Source of the DNA: an uncultured Dehalococcoidales bacterium
GTDB taxonomy: Bacteria > Chloroflexota > Dehalococcoidia > GIF9 > UBA5629
NCBI GenBank assembly: GCA_964437795.1
Contig: CAYTIC010000008.1
Coordinates: 61,407 to 125,406 of the forward strand
DNA: 64,000 bases
Direction of reading: 5' to 3'
A program made the translations under genes and the position numbers. Positions 37,244-46,895 of the stretch are shown piece by piece; positions within the stretch are counted from its first letter, which is position 1; every line of letters starts with the position of its first letter. The notes beneath the pieces are model-generated. The model searched no databases, had not been told where the DNA came from, and saw only the letters and a list, made by a program, of their open reading frames with translations.

Positions 37244-37693
37244 ATGAATACGAAGAGCGAGAGTGCGGTAGCCAAGTTTTCTCAGGGCTACAACTGTGCG
37301 CAGGCAATTATCTATGCCTTCAGCGACGATCTAGGCATAGATAAAGAAACCGCTTTAAAGATCGCCACCGGGTTCGGGGCGGGCATGGGAAGGAAACAGG
37401 AAGTTTGCGGCGCGGTTAGCGGGGGAATCATGGTCATCGGCCTGAAATTCGGCAGGGGTGAAAAGGATGAACGCAAGGTTATGGACCAGGCCTACGTAAA
37501 GGTACGGACGCTGATGGACCGCTTCTCGGAAAAACACGGCACGTTTATCTGTCGTAAACTGGTTGGCGAGTGCGAGCTGACCACTGATGAAGGGCAAAAA
37601 GAGTACAGGGAAAAGTCCCTGTTTCAGAATGTATGCAAGCCGTGTGTGGCGACTGTTGCCGGGATACTTGAGGACATTATTTTGCATGGGTGA
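37244..37693 (+). CDS. C_GCAxxG_C_C-family (putative redox-active) protein
   Basis: NCAQAI..., CGAVSGG, CRKLVGEC and CKPC spacing is typical of the family. Confidence 0.5.
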   Translation: MNTKSESAVAKFSQGYNCAQAIIYAFSDDLGIDKETALKIATGFGAGMGRKQEVCGAVSGGIMVIGLKFGRGEKDERKVMDQAYVKVRTLMDRFSEKHGTFICRKLVGECELTTDEGQKEYREKSLFQNVCKPCVATVAGILEDIILHG

Positions 37694-37995
37694 TAAAAAT
37701 GATTATTGTCATCGGAAGGGTCCTCGCCAGATCAAACAATTTGGAGAATCTGCTCGAACTCTGCATTGAACATTCACAACGCTCCCGCAAAGAGCCTGGA
37801 TGCCTGTCACACGCAGTGCACCAGGATGCGGAGAATCCGCTGAGGCTGGTGTTCGTCGAGCAGTGGGAGGACCGTGCCTCCCTGGACCGGCATTTCGGTG
37901 TCCAGGCATCGAGAGATTTTGTCAGGGCTGCGCGTGTGCTGGCTGCCGAGCTGCCCGTGATGAATGTCTTCGATGCAAACCTGTTGCAGCTTTAG
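37690..37995 (+). CDS. Antibiotic-biosynthesis-monooxygenase (ABM) domain protein
   Basis: About 100-aa ferredoxin-like ABM pattern (EPGCLSHAVHQD...LVFVEQWED). Confidence 0.55.
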   Translation: MIKMIIVIGRVLARSNNLENLLELCIEHSQRSRKEPGCLSHAVHQDAENPLRLVFVEQWEDRASLDRHFGVQASRDFVRAARVLAAELPVMNVFDANLLQL

Positions 37996-38873
37996 GCGTT
38001 TTGCGCCGTACCCCAGGTGGATTTCAGGCTGACAACGAGCATGGCTATAACGATGCAGATCCCGCCTGATACGGCCCTGAACGTCATCTGTTCCCCGCCT
38101 ATGACCACAGCAAACAGGCCGGCAAATACCGGTTCCATTGTCATCACGATGGCGGCCCTTACCGGTGAAACGAGCGATTGTGCCCATGTTTGCACTATAA
38201 AGGCAAGGGCGGTTGCGAATACCGCCGTGATGCCGATGGTTATCCACACTTCGACATTGGGCGGCTGGGTGATGCCTCCGGGCATGGCGGCAATGATGGA
38301 TATTATGGCGACAGTGGCAATCTGAAGAAATGCAAAAGTGTACGGATCGTAATCAGGGGACCATTCGCCCAGGCCGACTATGTGTACGGCAAAAAGTATG
38401 GCGCAAGCCAGGGTGAGAAGTTCGCCGATGCCGATAGACCAACCGTTGAGGCTCAGCAAGGCGACGCCAACGGTGGCCAATCCCACCATGAACCAGGTAT
38501 GTATGTCGGTTTTGTGGTGAAGAATGATCCAGGCCACGACGGGCGTAAGCACGACAAACATGCCGGTTATAAAGCCGGAAACAGCCGCTGAGGCGTAGAG
38601 CAGGCCGTACGTCTGGGCGATGTAGCCCAGTCCAAGGACGAGGCCCAGCCCGCAGCCGCGCAGCAATTCGAGACGCGTAATGTCGCGGATACACCCGGGG
38701 CGCAGCGCAAGCATAACAAGCGCGGCGGCGGCGAAGCGCCAGGCCATAAAGTCCATGACCGGCATTACTGCGACTGCCGACTTAACGATGAGAAAGGTGT
38801 AGCCCCAGACCGCAGTGATCCCGACCAGCGCAGCCAGCGACAGGGAAGGCGATGATTTCCAGTTTGCCAGCAT
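37992..38873 (-). CDS. EamA/DMT-superfamily transporter with 10 TMS
   Basis: Two EamA-like repeats of five helices each. Confidence 0.75.
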   Translation of the reverse strand: MLANWKSSPSLSLAALVGITAVWGYTFLIVKSAVAVMPVMDFMAWRFAAAALVMLALRPGCIRDITRLELLRGCGLGLVLGLGYIAQTYGLLYASAAVSGFITGMFVVLTPVVAWIILHHKTDIHTWFMVGLATVGVALLSLNGWSIGIGELLTLACAILFAVHIVGLGEWSPDYDPYTFAFLQIATVAIISIIAAMPGGITQPPNVEVWITIGITAVFATALAFIVQTWAQSLVSPVRAAIVMTMEPVFAGLFAVVIGGEQMTFRAVSGGICIVIAMLVVSLKSTWGTAQNA

Positions 38874-38996
38874 ATTATTCCCTGTATTTTATAGTATTGG
38901 CCGTTTTATATCAGTTCTGCTCTGGAATTGCACTATCATAAAGAATTAAAATCTGCCATAATAGTACGTTGATTCATCCGGCAAGGAGGAGGCAAT

Positions 38997-39281
38997 ATGT
39001 GCTGTTTTGTCACGCTGTTTCTTTTGATCGGTCCACGCTTTGCGCTGGTGTGCATGTGGCTGTTCTCTGATATGGTTACCAGGGCCTTCGGCCCCAACTT
39101 CATCATCCCGCTGCTGGGTGTTATCTTCCTGCCCTACACAGCCATATTCTATGTCATCGTGTATCAATACATGGGCATGGCCAATCCCTTCGCCTGGGCC
39201 CTGGTTATACTGGGGTTCATCATCGATATCTCCACTTATGGCGGAGGATGGTGGGGCAACCGCAACCGACTGCGCAGATAA
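38997..39281 (+). CDS. Small membrane protein
   Basis: A strong AAGGAGGAGG site upstream of the ATG. Three TM helices. Confidence 0.45.
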   Translation: MCCFVTLFLLIGPRFALVCMWLFSDMVTRAFGPNFIIPLLGVIFLPYTAIFYVIVYQYMGMANPFAWALVILGFIIDISTYGGGWWGNRNRLRR

Positions 39282-39330
39282 TACTGCCGCCTGCATGGCA
39301 GCAAATGACATCCGGATACCGCGCCGGTAT

Positions 39331-39507
39331 TTAGGCCTGTTGCTTGCCGCTCTGCGCTGTTCCCTTAAGGTTCTTTAGCTCTATCAGTATCTCGCGCAGC
39401 AGCAGAAGCTCCAAACGGCGGTAGGTGATATCGCTTGCCAGTTTGCCCCATTTCTTGGGGTCGTCTGACAGGAATTCTTCGGTTATCTCCATCGCGCTTC
39501 TGGCCAT
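39331..39507 (-). CDS. Small 58-aa protein, not in the ORF track, 15 bp downstream of the DUF2284 gene
   Basis: Hand translation gives MARSAMEITEEFLSDDPKKWGKLASDITYRRLELLLLREILIELKNLKGTAQSGKQQA. An AAGGAGA site 5 nt upstream. Confidence 0.35.
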   Translation of the reverse strand: MARSAMEITEEFLSDDPKKWGKLASDITYRRLELLLLREILIELKNLKGTAQSGKQQA

Positions 39508-39522
39508 GTCATTCTCCTTATC

Positions 39523-40185
39523 TCAGTCGATCAATACCAGCCCCACGGACGTGGCACACGGGATCTCGCTGACCTCGCCCAGCAGTGGGTAGGCGTTCCA
39601 TCCGACCTTGCCGATGATATCCATCACATCGATGCCCAGCGCCTCCATGGCCGGCCTGGCTTTCAGGGGGAAGCGGCACCTGCCGCTGTCCTTGAACTGG
39701 CAGACCAGCCCATGGCAGAGGTAATCCTTGCAGGACCCTCCTCCCAGCCCCATGGCCAGCGAGTAACCGTGCTGGTAGGCCAGGCGCTCGATCTCGTTAA
39801 CGATTTTTGCTGTCTTCTGGTGAAAGAGCAGGCTGCGGTCGGTGCCTCCATTGTCCTTGGAACCTCCCGGCGCGTAGTCTTCCATGGGCTCCACCAGGGT
39901 TTTGATCAATATGCCGAAGGAGTACCTTGCGAAGGCCTTCCTCACCAGGTCAAGGTCGGGCGTGTTGGGCGGGCAGTTAGGCGTCTCCCCGGCCCGCAGG
40001 CAACGCGGTATCGAACATTTCAGCCTTACGCGCTCGTCCACTACGAGCTGGTCGGCCCTGATGATCTCGGCGCCTGCAGCTCCCAGCTCCAGTGCCTTGC
40101 TGCGGAACAACTCAAGGTCTGCCTTCAGCTTTTTTGCCTTTATCTTGTGGGTCAACGGAATGGCTTCAGCCTTCTTTTTCTGCAT
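39523..40185 (-). CDS. DUF2284-like predicted metal-binding protein
   Basis: Cys pattern CSIPRC...C...C, CHGLVCQF...C and CATSVG, typical of the family. Confidence 0.45.
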   Translation of the reverse strand: MQKKKAEAIPLTHKIKAKKLKADLELFRSKALELGAAGAEIIRADQLVVDERVRLKCSIPRCLRAGETPNCPPNTPDLDLVRKAFARYSFGILIKTLVEPMEDYAPGGSKDNGGTDRSLLFHQKTAKIVNEIERLAYQHGYSLAMGLGGGSCKDYLCHGLVCQFKDSGRCRFPLKARPAMEALGIDVMDIIGKVGWNAYPLLGEVSEIPCATSVGLVLID

Positions 40186-40286
40186 AAATCCGGCGCTCCT
40201 TAAACAGATTTTAACACGGCTTACCCGCACGATTATAGCCCGAAGGGCGTAGTTGCGCTAAACTTTAAGCCGGATGGTGGAGATAT

Positions 40287-41300
40287 ATGCCGAAATGGCC
40301 TGACCTGGCAGCGGGCTTTAAGCTGCTGCGCGAGGTGGACCTCAATGCCATCCGCCGGCAGGCCGAGTCGCCCTTTCACCTTGCGGTGCTGGGCGGAGAG
40401 GGCACAGGCAAGTCAACGCTGATCAGCCGGCTGCTCACGGGCCCCCGTTCGCAGGAACCGGGATTCGTGCCGCCGCTGCGGGAGTACGGCCTGGATGGCG
40501 AAACGCCTGTGGGGACCTGCACGCTTGCCATCCTTATGATCGGCGCATCCGGTGATGATTGCGCGCGTTCAGAGGAGATATTCAGGCACCTGTTGCGAGA
40601 TAAAATCCCTGTTATTGTCTGTTATAACCGGTATAGCCCGGTTCAGGGAAGTCAGATCGTTCCCGCGGGTGGACAGGGATGGCAGGGCGCACAAACGGTG
40701 GCCGTGGACCCTCGCGACCGCGAAGAACTGGTGCGTGTACTGGCGCCGGCCATGCTGCGAGCCTGTCCCGGGAAGGAAGTTCAGCTTGCGCGTAACCTTC
40801 CCATGCTGCGCGAAATCGTCTCACGCAAGTTGATCGACGACGCATGCATGGTCAACAGCACCTACAGCCTTGCTACAGGCCTGGCCGAGATCAACGTGTT
40901 CCTCGACCTGCCGCTTAACATGGCTGACATAGTGGTACTGACCAAGAACCAGGCCCTTATGGCATATAAGATATCGCTGGCTATGGGTATGACGGGCGAT
41001 TGGAAGGAGACCATCCCCAAGATGACCGCCGTGATCGGCGGCGCCTTCCTGTGGAGGCAGGTGGCCAGGCTCCTGGTCGGTCTGATACCGGCGTACGGCG
41101 TTGTTCCCAAGATCGCCGTGGCCTATGCCGGGACTTTTACGGTAGGACAGGCCATCTACCAGTGGTGCGCCAGAGGCGAGAAGCTCAGGACGGAAAACCT
41201 CAAGTCGATGTATCTGTCTGCACTGAAGCGCGGCCGTGAAACGGCACAGGCTATTATTATCAGGCGCAAAGCATTGAGACATCCGCAGCCGGGATCGTAG
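40287..41300 (+). CDS. P-loop GTPase-domain protein with a hydrophobic C-terminal region (DUF697/YcjF-like, tentative)
   Basis: Walker A GGEGTGKST. The C-terminal amphipathic/hydrophobic helices are as in DUF697. Confidence 0.45.
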   Translation: MPKWPDLAAGFKLLREVDLNAIRRQAESPFHLAVLGGEGTGKSTLISRLLTGPRSQEPGFVPPLREYGLDGETPVGTCTLAILMIGASGDDCARSEEIFRHLLRDKIPVIVCYNRYSPVQGSQIVPAGGQGWQGAQTVAVDPRDREELVRVLAPAMLRACPGKEVQLARNLPMLREIVSRKLIDDACMVNSTYSLATGLAEINVFLDLPLNMADIVVLTKNQALMAYKISLAMGMTGDWKETIPKMTAVIGGAFLWRQVARLLVGLIPAYGVVPKIAVAYAGTFTVGQAIYQWCARGEKLRTENLKSMYLSALKRGRETAQAIIIRRKALRHPQPGS

Positions 41301-41337
41301 CGGAATAAATTAAGTCGTATCGGTGGAAGCGGCGGCC

Positions 41338-43980
41338 CTAAATGCGCCTGCGCGATATCGAGGTCGCGATCAATACGATGATCAGAACGATGACCAGGAA
41401 CGCCACCACTGCGCATATCCACAGGTAGATGTCGTTGGCAAAAAGCGAGGCCAGGGTCGGTGTCCCGTTATCTGAGGGTACGGATGACGCCGGCGTATTC
41501 GGCGCCTGCGACGGCGCCGACGGTACTGGTGGCGCCTGTATGTTTTCAGAGGGACCGGGCGTGATGGGCCCAGGGACTTCAGGCTGTTGCGCAGTGGGTT
41601 TTGGGACCGGGGGAGTCGAAGGCGGTTGTGGAGAAACCTCTCTATAAGAGGGAGCCGGAGGGGGTAATGTGTACTGGGGAGTGGGGGACAGGCAGTCGCA
41701 GAATGTCCACAGCCTTCCGACGTCCGCAGTGTAATTATATGGCCTGTCGTCTATGGCCCACAGGTTGATGCCTCCTGATAGCTTGAGCGAAAGGGGCTCC
41801 CGCGTGAAGGCCACTCCAGCCGGTAATCCCATGCTGAGCGAATCCCATTCAATCGCCGGAGGGCCCAGCAACTCCGGATACAGTGTCCTGTCGACGGTGG
41901 AGCTGGCCGGGCCGGCGGCGGCGCCGTAGAGCGTTCCCATCTGGGCAAGTCCCCAGAATCGTGAAGAGGGCGCTCCCATAATGTCCCAGGCGGGGCTGGC
42001 GCCGATAAACCAGTAGTAGATATCGCTGCCTGCACTGTCGCTGGCGGCGTAGATCAGCACGCCGTTTCTGAACCTGTAATCTGCGATAGCGTGGATGCGG
42101 CCGGTGGAAGGTAAAGGCGCCGTTGCCATAAATTGCCCGCCGTCCGGCGAGAATGCCACTCTGCTGTCGGCGATATCCCCTCCCACAACCACGACGCCGT
42201 TGGGCGCGGCAAAAACAGTATGCCCGGCGTTAAGCGTGGTGGCCACCTTTTGCGACCAGTGAGGTACCAGCGATGAGACGTTTGCCTTTCGTACGGCGGT
42301 ACCGGAAAGTGCGTATAGGTAGCGGATGCTGTTGACGGTGGTCACCGAGAAGTCGGTTACGGTCATACCGGGAAGCTGCTCCTTCCATGTCTGGCCCCCG
42401 TCTTGCGACTGGCGCAGGTCGTCCGTGCCCCGGGAAGCCATAAAGACAGCCCCGTCGTTTCCGTAGTTGCTCATGCGCAGTATGATATCGTTGCTGGCCG
42501 AAGGCAGGCAGAGCATGCGCTCCCAGAACTGGTCCGCAGTCGTCCCTCCCGAACGCCAGATGCTGTCAAGGCCGGCCCCTGATTTGTTTATCGATGCCAG
42601 GTAGATCACGCTCGAATCTGCTGTAACGACCACGTCGGAGAGGAGGCTGATCTGGGTATCTATCAGGCTGTACTGGTTCCAGGTCTTGCCATTGTCCTGG
42701 CTCATTGAGAAAGCCGATTCATCCAGGGGCACGCTGTTGAGATAGCCTGCCGGCCAGGACGCCGGTCCGCTGAGCTGGGCGGAGCCGGTGCCGCAATAGG
42801 CGCGGCTGCCGTCGGGAGACCAGATAATAATGGCATTCCCGTAGCCGGAGACGCCGGCGCCCGTGGGTGATTTTTCGGTCTGGTACCAGCACGTGGTGGG
42901 ACAGGTCATCGGGGCGTCGGTAAACCAGGTCAACACAGTGCCGCGGACGGCGTCGCCGGTGACCGATCCTGCCAGCAGCTTTCCGCTGGCATAGGTGCCG
43001 AAATAAGCGATACTCGAAACGCGCCGGTTGGGCTGCGAATTCATAAGCTGGTAGACCACGGCGTTATCCAACCTGAACACACCGGCATTGCCGGCGGGGG
43101 CATCGATGCTCAGGTAGGCCCGGCACATAGCCGGCGCCTGCCCTGAGTAGTCGGCAGTGAGTTGAAGGCACCCGTTGACAATCTGATTGGCCTTTGGCGA
43201 GCTTCCCGGTCCACCTGTTGTTATCTCCGGTGGGCTGCCGCTGTAAATCAATCCCCAGTTGGTGGTATTTGCGTTGAGATCGTGGATACCTGCGTTGAAA
43301 TAGGTGCCCGTTGCCGTGCAGTACAGGACGGCTATCGAAGGGTCGGACCTGTAAGACGGGGGAAAACATATGGAGAGCACGTCGCCGGCCAATCCCTGCG
43401 CGGTCCAGGCGCCTCCTGTCCCTCCCGCTTTATATATGTAGATATCGCCGGCCCCGCCGGAACGGGTGCCCGCCGCTATATCGCAAACCCCGTAGAGAGG
43501 GGAGATCGCCAGCGCGCTGATGTCGGATGAGGCGGGAAAGGCAGTGTCGTTCCAGGTCTGCCCGCCATCCAGCGAAACATAAACCTGCCGCGGCCGATTG
43601 CCCGAACTGGTGACCGCCGCGATGAACCTGGGGTCATCCGGGGCGATAGCTATGTTCCAGGCCGGCATCTGCGCCCCGGCCGAAATCAAATTGTTGCCGA
43701 TCTCCAGCCAGCTCGCGCCTGCGTCTTCCGAGCGGTATAGCCTGCTGCGGGAGGTATCCGAAGCGTAAAAAGTCCGTCCGTCCCTGGACATGGCCAGGAA
43801 GTCGATCTCGCACGGGCTGGCCAGGGTATTGAACTGGCTGCCGGGTGTATCCACCGTGCTCCATATCATGCGGCCGGCCTGCGCGGGACGGGGCGCAAGG
43901 CAGACGGCCAGCACTACAGCCAGCGTCAGAGCTGCGAGCGACGTCCATCGGATTCTTTTTCGGATACAAAACGGCGACAT
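41338..43980 (-). CDS. Large cell-surface BNR/Asp-box repeat protein (beta-propeller; sialidase/Ycf48-like) with a C-terminal Pro-rich stalk and TM anchor
   Basis: Several S-x-D-x-G-x-T-W motifs (SLDGGQTWND, SQDGGQTWKE, SQDNGKTWNQ, EDAGASWLE). A PPxP-rich segment then AVVAFLVIVLIIVLIA. Confidence 0.6.
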   Translation of the reverse strand: MSPFCIRKRIRWTSLAALTLAVVLAVCLAPRPAQAGRMIWSTVDTPGSQFNTLASPCEIDFLAMSRDGRTFYASDTSRSRLYRSEDAGASWLEIGNNLISAGAQMPAWNIAIAPDDPRFIAAVTSSGNRPRQVYVSLDGGQTWNDTAFPASSDISALAISPLYGVCDIAAGTRSGGAGDIYIYKAGGTGGAWTAQGLAGDVLSICFPPSYRSDPSIAVLYCTATGTYFNAGIHDLNANTTNWGLIYSGSPPEITTGGPGSSPKANQIVNGCLQLTADYSGQAPAMCRAYLSIDAPAGNAGVFRLDNAVVYQLMNSQPNRRVSSIAYFGTYASGKLLAGSVTGDAVRGTVLTWFTDAPMTCPTTCWYQTEKSPTGAGVSGYGNAIIIWSPDGSRAYCGTGSAQLSGPASWPAGYLNSVPLDESAFSMSQDNGKTWNQYSLIDTQISLLSDVVVTADSSVIYLASINKSGAGLDSIWRSGGTTADQFWERMLCLPSASNDIILRMSNYGNDGAVFMASRGTDDLRQSQDGGQTWKEQLPGMTVTDFSVTTVNSIRYLYALSGTAVRKANVSSLVPHWSQKVATTLNAGHTVFAAPNGVVVVGGDIADSRVAFSPDGGQFMATAPLPSTGRIHAIADYRFRNGVLIYAASDSAGSDIYYWFIGASPAWDIMGAPSSRFWGLAQMGTLYGAAAGPASSTVDRTLYPELLGPPAIEWDSLSMGLPAGVAFTREPLSLKLSGGINLWAIDDRPYNYTADVGRLWTFCDCLSPTPQYTLPPPAPSYREVSPQPPSTPPVPKPTAQQPEVPGPITPGPSENIQAPPVPSAPSQAPNTPASSVPSDNGTPTLASLFANDIYLWICAVVAFLVIVLIIVLIATSISRRRI

Positions 43981-44027
43981 AGTGATGATTATAGAACGTT
44001 TTATTCCGCCGAGCAGTTTATGCCCGC

Positions 44028-46199
44028 TCAGGCCGGCAACTGGTCGGGGGGTATGATCTGTGAAGCCGGTATATCGATTTCGGGCATACCGTCGGTATAG
44101 TGCGGGGCCGGGGGTTTCAGCGGCTGCTTGGGCCCGTAGTTGCGGTCCTCGTTGATCGTATCGAGAACGCTGTAGACGATCTCGGTGGCGCCCTTGTGTG
44201 TGCCCTTATGCCCCAGCGGAAGCTTGCAGATGTGCAGCTCCCATTCGTTGTAAGACTCGCGTGTCCAGGTGACCGTTCGTCCTCCCGCAAGCGCTGCGCT
44301 CTTTTTATCGCCGGGAGTCACCACGATCGGTTTGATGGCCGTGTTCTTCCATTGTGTTACCACAGTGCGCAACAGCTTTTTGGAGGTTGAGCCGCATTCC
44401 TCTGCAGGCTGAGATCTCTCCGAGGTGGAGTCCACGGCGCTGCTGTAATCGGGCGCGGGCAACTCCTTCTTCTCGATCAAAGTGGCCATCTCCGGAAGTT
44501 CCGGGGTTGACGGCAACTCACGGCCCTGGGACAGTTCCTCCTCGTATTTCTGAAGCAGCTCTCCGAATTTCTCCATGAGTTGCTCGCGCGTGTTCGGCGG
44601 ACCCTTCCTGAGTCCCTCGCCGATCATGACCACTGTGGTTTGCGGGGGCATAACAGCAGGCGCGGGCGGTGGCTGTGGTGGGGGAATCGGAGGGTAAGGA
44701 GGGTAATAGATAGGAGGAGGCGGTGGTGGGGGCGGGGGCTGGAACTGCGTTGCGTAGGGATTGGCCGGCTGGGGCACGCGGCCGCGCCGGGTCAGGGCAT
44801 AGATGCCGTATATAAGTCCGGCGATCACCAGCACGGTGATCGGTATGGTAACTGCAGGTGTCGAGTAGTCGGGGTCCCACTGAACGGAAACGGTCTTTGG
44901 CCCCTCCACCAGTTCGGATCCCGAAGTAAGCAGCGCCCTGAATTTTCCCCCGAAAAATCCGGCGATGCCGGGCATGGCCACCTCTTCCGGGGCCACGCTC
45001 CATTTGGCGATGGTTCCAACCTTCTGCCAGCCTCCTCCAGTGGTGTTGCCGTATTTTGAATCCACGGTCAGCCGGTAATACAGGTCGTAGGTTGCGATAT
45101 ACTTGCCTGCTGCTGATATTACCGTGTTGAGCGTGGGCGAGCTGATCTTGGCGCCCGTCGGCGTCAGCCAGTAAGCGAATTTATATTGCGATTCGGCGTC
45201 CTTTGCCACTTCCTGGGGTGCGCTGATATTGAGCGGCCTGTCCTCGCGGTACCAGCCGGTGCCTGTTACCGATGTTATGCCGCCGGGATCGCTGGTGATC
45301 TGGATATCGTATTCGGGGTAGTAGGTGAACTGCACCTGGTTGATGCCCGCGCTGACGGTGGATGAGTTGGCTTCAGCCTTATAGCGGATATCCGTCCGTC
45401 CGCTCGGTGTCACGATATTGTCCACCGACACTGTTGATGAGGTGTCGGGATCGAGCTGTGTAATCCTGTATGATTCGCCTCCTCTCAAAGTGGCGCGGGG
45501 TATATTGTCCACGTAGACACGTGTCTGCCCCTCGGCCAGCCCCGAGGATATGGTCACGTTCACATCGTAGCTGCCCTTGTCCACGGTCATGGAGAAGCTC
45601 TGCTGCGTCGAGGTCGTTCCCGCTGTTGCTGTGATTGTGAAAGAATAATTGCCGGCCGTGCCGCGCGCCGGTGTGCCGGATATCTGACCGTTGTTAAAGG
45701 ATAGCCCGGAAGGCAACGCGCCGTTGCTCAGGGAGTAGCTTATGGTGCCTACGCCTCCCGTGGCAGAGATGCTGGCCGAATAGCCCTGGCCCACCGTGGC
45801 CATGGGTATGCTGGCAGAAGAGAAAACCAGTGCGGGAGTGGTGATGATGATGATAAACGTGGCGGAGGAGCTGCCCCATGTGGCGTCGGTGACGCTAACG
45901 TCTATGGGGAAGGTACCCTGTATTGAGGGCGTTCCCGTGATTGTCCTTCCGGAGGCTATCAATCCGGGAGGTGTACCGGATATGGACCAGACGGTCGAAG
46001 AGCAGGCTGTGCCGTTGCAGGTGGCCGAGAAGCTGGTATTGTAGGGCATGCCCACCTGCCCGCTGGGCGGTGAGCCCGAGATGATGGGTGGAGCCGCATC
46101 CGCCCTGCCGTAAAATATACCTGTTATAAGGCAGGCCAAAATAAGGGATGCTGCCGTCCACCTGAGAGTGGCGGTAAGTGATTGCCTGTAGTTATTCAC
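44028..46199 (-). CDS. Large cell-surface protein with N-terminal putative-Ig (dystroglycan/cadherin-like) repeats, a central TM helix, a Pro-rich segment and a cytoplasmic tail
   Basis: Repeats of the form SG.PP.G.VG.PY...ATGG; TM helix ITVLVIAGLIYGIYALT; a poly-Pro run. Confidence 0.55.
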   Translation of the reverse strand: MNNYRQSLTATLRWTAASLILACLITGIFYGRADAAPPIISGSPPSGQVGMPYNTSFSATCNGTACSSTVWSISGTPPGLIASGRTITGTPSIQGTFPIDVSVTDATWGSSSATFIIIITTPALVFSSASIPMATVGQGYSASISATGGVGTISYSLSNGALPSGLSFNNGQISGTPARGTAGNYSFTITATAGTTSTQQSFSMTVDKGSYDVNVTISSGLAEGQTRVYVDNIPRATLRGGESYRITQLDPDTSSTVSVDNIVTPSGRTDIRYKAEANSSTVSAGINQVQFTYYPEYDIQITSDPGGITSVTGTGWYREDRPLNISAPQEVAKDAESQYKFAYWLTPTGAKISSPTLNTVISAAGKYIATYDLYYRLTVDSKYGNTTGGGWQKVGTIAKWSVAPEEVAMPGIAGFFGGKFRALLTSGSELVEGPKTVSVQWDPDYSTPAVTIPITVLVIAGLIYGIYALTRRGRVPQPANPYATQFQPPPPPPPPPIYYPPYPPIPPPQPPPAPAVMPPQTTVVMIGEGLRKGPPNTREQLMEKFGELLQKYEEELSQGRELPSTPELPEMATLIEKKELPAPDYSSAVDSTSERSQPAEECGSTSKKLLRTVVTQWKNTAIKPIVVTPGDKKSAALAGGRTVTWTRESYNEWELHICKLPLGHKGTHKGATEIVYSVLDTINEDRNYGPKQPLKPPAPHYTDGMPEIDIPASQIIPPDQLPA

Positions 46200-46349
46200 T
46201 TGATCTTAATCCGCATAGCCGGGTACGTTTCTACCTGTATTATAATGACAATTCAAATACTTGTCGATTTCATCGTGTACGCTGCAGGCAAAGCTGCAGT
46301 TACAATTGATTATGGATGACAATTGTTAAGAGAATATTAAGAGAGGATA

Positions 46350-46895
46350 TTATTTCAGCTTCAACGGCAGGCCTGCTGTCAGGAGGACGACATCGTCGGA
46401 AGCCATAGCCAGCCGCTGGTTGGCCCTGCCCAGGGCGTCACGGTATACCCTGGCTAACCTGTTATCCGGTACGATCCCGCTGCCTACTTCGTTAGACACC
46501 AGTATGAAGCTGCAGGCCGACCCGCGCATCAGGTCGATGAGCGCGTCCGCCTCGGCGTCAACTGCTTTTTCGGCTGCCGTGGAATCAATAGTCTCACCCA
46601 TACAGTTGGCGGCCAGCAGCGTCATGCAGTCTATGATGACCGTATCGTATTTGTCGGTTTTATCTGCGAGCGCCGCTGCCAGGCCGTCTTTGATTTCCAG
46701 CGTGTCCCAGGCGGAAGGGCGCGACTGCCTGTGTGCGCGAATCCGCTCGCGCATCTCCTCATCCAGCGGTTGGGCTGTTGCGCAGAAGAGCACCCTGCCA
46801 CCCCTGTCCGCCGCCGTCTGCTGGGCGTAGGTGCTCTTGCCGCTCCGTGCCCCACCCAGGACCAATATAATTCTTTTGTCGGTGCCCATACTCAA
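46350..46895 (-). CDS. cobU: Adenosylcobinamide kinase / adenosylcobinamide-phosphate guanylyltransferase
   Basis: P-loop GGARSGKS and the CobU/CobP family pattern. Confidence 0.85.
   Translation of the reverse strand: MSMGTDKRIILVLGGARSGKSTYAQQTAADRGGRVLFCATAQPLDEEMRERIRAHRQSRPSAWDTLEIKDGLAAALADKTDKYDTVIIDCMTLLAANCMGETIDSTAAEKAVDAEADALIDLMRGSACSFILVSNEVGSGIVPDNRLARVYRDALGRANQRLAMASDDVVLLTAGLPLKLK

Noticed and set aside
41429-43530. Multiple plus-strand ORFs (Gly/Arg-rich) inside the BNR surface-protein gene
   Set aside because: They are antisense to a long GC-rich ORF with clear Asp-box repeats. Compositional artefacts.
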